The translations under genes were made by a program, and so were the position numbers. Source: Felis catus (taxonomy: Eukaryota). Taken from it: a stretch of 64,000 nt of DNA. Below the pieces are notes generated by a model. It saw only the letters and a list, made by a program, of their open reading frames with translations. It was not told where the DNA came from and searched no databases. The DNA lies in contig NC_058383.1 in assembly GCF_018350175.1 (NCBI RefSeq), forward strand, positions 21,330,001 to 21,394,000, read 5' to 3'. Shown here piece after piece: positions 62,171-64,000 of the stretch (position 1 is its first letter; the number at the start of each line of letters is the position of its first letter).

Positions 62171-62280
62171 CAAAATTGTCACTTAAGTGTTATTATTTCA
62201 AAGCTAAGCAATAAAATACAAATACCATAGTGACCTTCATATGTACTTGACAACTATTTTTAAAAATATACAGACAAGCT

Positions 62281-63906
62281 GGCACAAAAACAGACACATA
62301 GACCAATGGAATAGAATAGAAACCCCAGCACTAGACCCACAAACGTATGGCCAACTCATCTTTGACAAAGCAGGAAAGAACATCCAATGGAAAAAAGACA
62401 GTCTCTTTAACAAATGGTGCTGGGAGAACTGGACCGCAACATGCAGAAGGTTGAAACTAGACCACTTTCTCACATCATTCACAAAAATAAACTCAAAATG
62501 GATAAAGGACCTGAATGTGAGACAGGAAACGATCAAAACCCTAGAGGAGAAAGCAGGAAAAGATCTCTCTGACCTCAGCCGTAGCAATCTCTTACTCGAC
62601 ACATCCCCAAAGGCAAGGGAATTAAAAGCAAAAGTGAATTACTGGGACCTTATGAAGATAAAAAGCTTCTGCACAGCAAAGGAAACAACCAACAAAACTA
62701 AAAGGCAACCAACGGAATGGGAAAAGATATTTGCAAATGACATATCGGACAAAGGGCTAGTATCCAAAATCTATAAAGAGTTCACCGGGGCGCCTGGGTG
62801 GCGCAGTCGGATAAGCGTCCGACTTCAGCCAGGTCACGATCTCGCGGTCCGTGGGTTCGAGCCCCGCGTCAGGCTCTGGGCTGATGGCTCGGAGCCTGGA
62901 GCCTGTTTCCGATTCTGTGTCTCCCCCTCTCTCTGCCCCTCCCCCGTTCATGCTCTGTCTCTCTCTGTCCCAAAAATAAATAAACGTTAAAAAAAATAAA
63001 TAAATAAATAAAAGAGTTCACCAAACTCCACACCCGAAAAACAAATAACCCAGTGAAGAAATGGGCAGAAAACATGAATAGATGCTTCTCTAAAGAAGAC
63101 ATCCGGATGGCCAACAGGCACATGAAAAGATGTTCAACGTCGCTCCTCATCAGGGAAATACAAATCAAAACCACACTCAGATATCACCTCACGCCAGTCA
63201 GAGTGGCCAAAATGAACAAATCAGGAGACTATAGATGCTGGAGAGGATGTGGAGAAACGGGAACCCTCTTGCACTGTTCGTGGGAATGCAAATTGGTGCA
63301 GCCACTCTGGAAAGCAGTGTGGAGGTTCCTCAGAAAATTAAAAATAGACCTATCTTATGACCCAGCAATAGCACTGCTAGGAATTTACCCAAGGGATACA
63401 GGAGTACTGATGCATAGGGGCACTTGTACCCCAATGTTTACAGCAGCACTCTCAACAATAGCCAAATTATGGAAAGAGCCTAAATGTCCATCAACTGATG
63501 AATGGATAAAGAAATTGTGGTTTATATACACAATGGAGTACTACATGGCAATGAGAAAGAATGAAATATGGCCCTTTGTAGCAACGTGGATGGAACTGGA
63601 GAGTGTGATGCTAAGTGAAATAAGCCATACAGAGAAAGACAGATACCATATGCTTTCACTCTTATGTGGATCCTGAGAAACTTAACAGAAACCCATGGGG
63701 GAGGGGAAGGGAAAAAAAAAGAGGTTAGAGTGGGAGAGAGCCAAAGCATAAGAGACTCTTAAAAACTGAGAACAAACTGAGCGTTGATGGGGGGTGGGAG
63801 GGAGGGTAGGGTAGGTGATGGGCATTGAAGAGGGCACCTTTTGGGATGAGCACTGGGTGTTGCATGGAAACCAATTTGACAATAAATTTCATATATTGAA
63901 AAAAAT
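62281..63906 (+). mobile_element. Young 5'-truncated L1 (ORF2 C-terminus plus 3'UTR) with 15-bp TSD
   Basis: ORF2 peptides [10 protein letters not shown]...[25 protein letters not shown]...; stop at 63676; G-rich 3'UTR with AATAAA; TSD atatacagacaagct at 62266-62280 and 63907-63921. Confidence 0.96.
62787..63010 (+). mobile_element. Young felid SINEC nested in L1 ORF2
   Basis: TSD aaagagttcacc at 62775-62786 and 63011-63022. Confidence 0.97.
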
Positions 63907-64000
63907 ATATACAGACAAGCTCAACTTCAGGAGTCGGAAGTCTTAACGTGGTTCTTTCAAGGAGTAACTTGAACTTCCATTTTCATTTAACTTAACCCCT

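Noticed and set aside
62241..63676. 249-aa and 207-aa ORFs as host genes
   Set aside because: L1 ORF2 fragments split by a SINE; 5'-truncated and non-autonomous

Overview
Mammalian (felid-type, judged from SINEC_Fc-like tRNA-derived SINEs and young carnivore L1) genomic DNA with two convergent protein-coding genes. ZKSCAN2 is on the + strand: CpG-island promoter at ~13.6-15.0 kb, 7 coding exons at 15191-29871, 2910 nt / 969 aa, domain order SCAN - degenerate KRAB - 2x Myb/SANT-like - 6 C2H2 fingers, and a ~3.7 kb 3'UTR. AQP8 is on the - strand: 6 coding exons at 46723-39830, 792 nt / 263 aa, with both NPA motifs intact. I read all splice sites from the sequence; all are GT-AG and phase-consistent. 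The rest is mostly repeats: ~23 SINEC copies, L1 fragments (including a young 5'-truncated L1 with a nested SINE), MaLR/ERV LTRs, MIR/L2, DNA-transposon relics and microsatellites. I see no unequivocal new biological system. The best leads are regulatory or RNA-level hypotheses: an N-truncated AQP8 isoform from leaky scanning, a stop-free ZKSCAN2 exon 3-6 circRNA, homogenised duplicated Myb exons, a uORF/5'UTR-intron switch, a promoter minisatellite, and HNF4/CTCF modules. Repeat family names come from recall of consensus sequences, not from a search.
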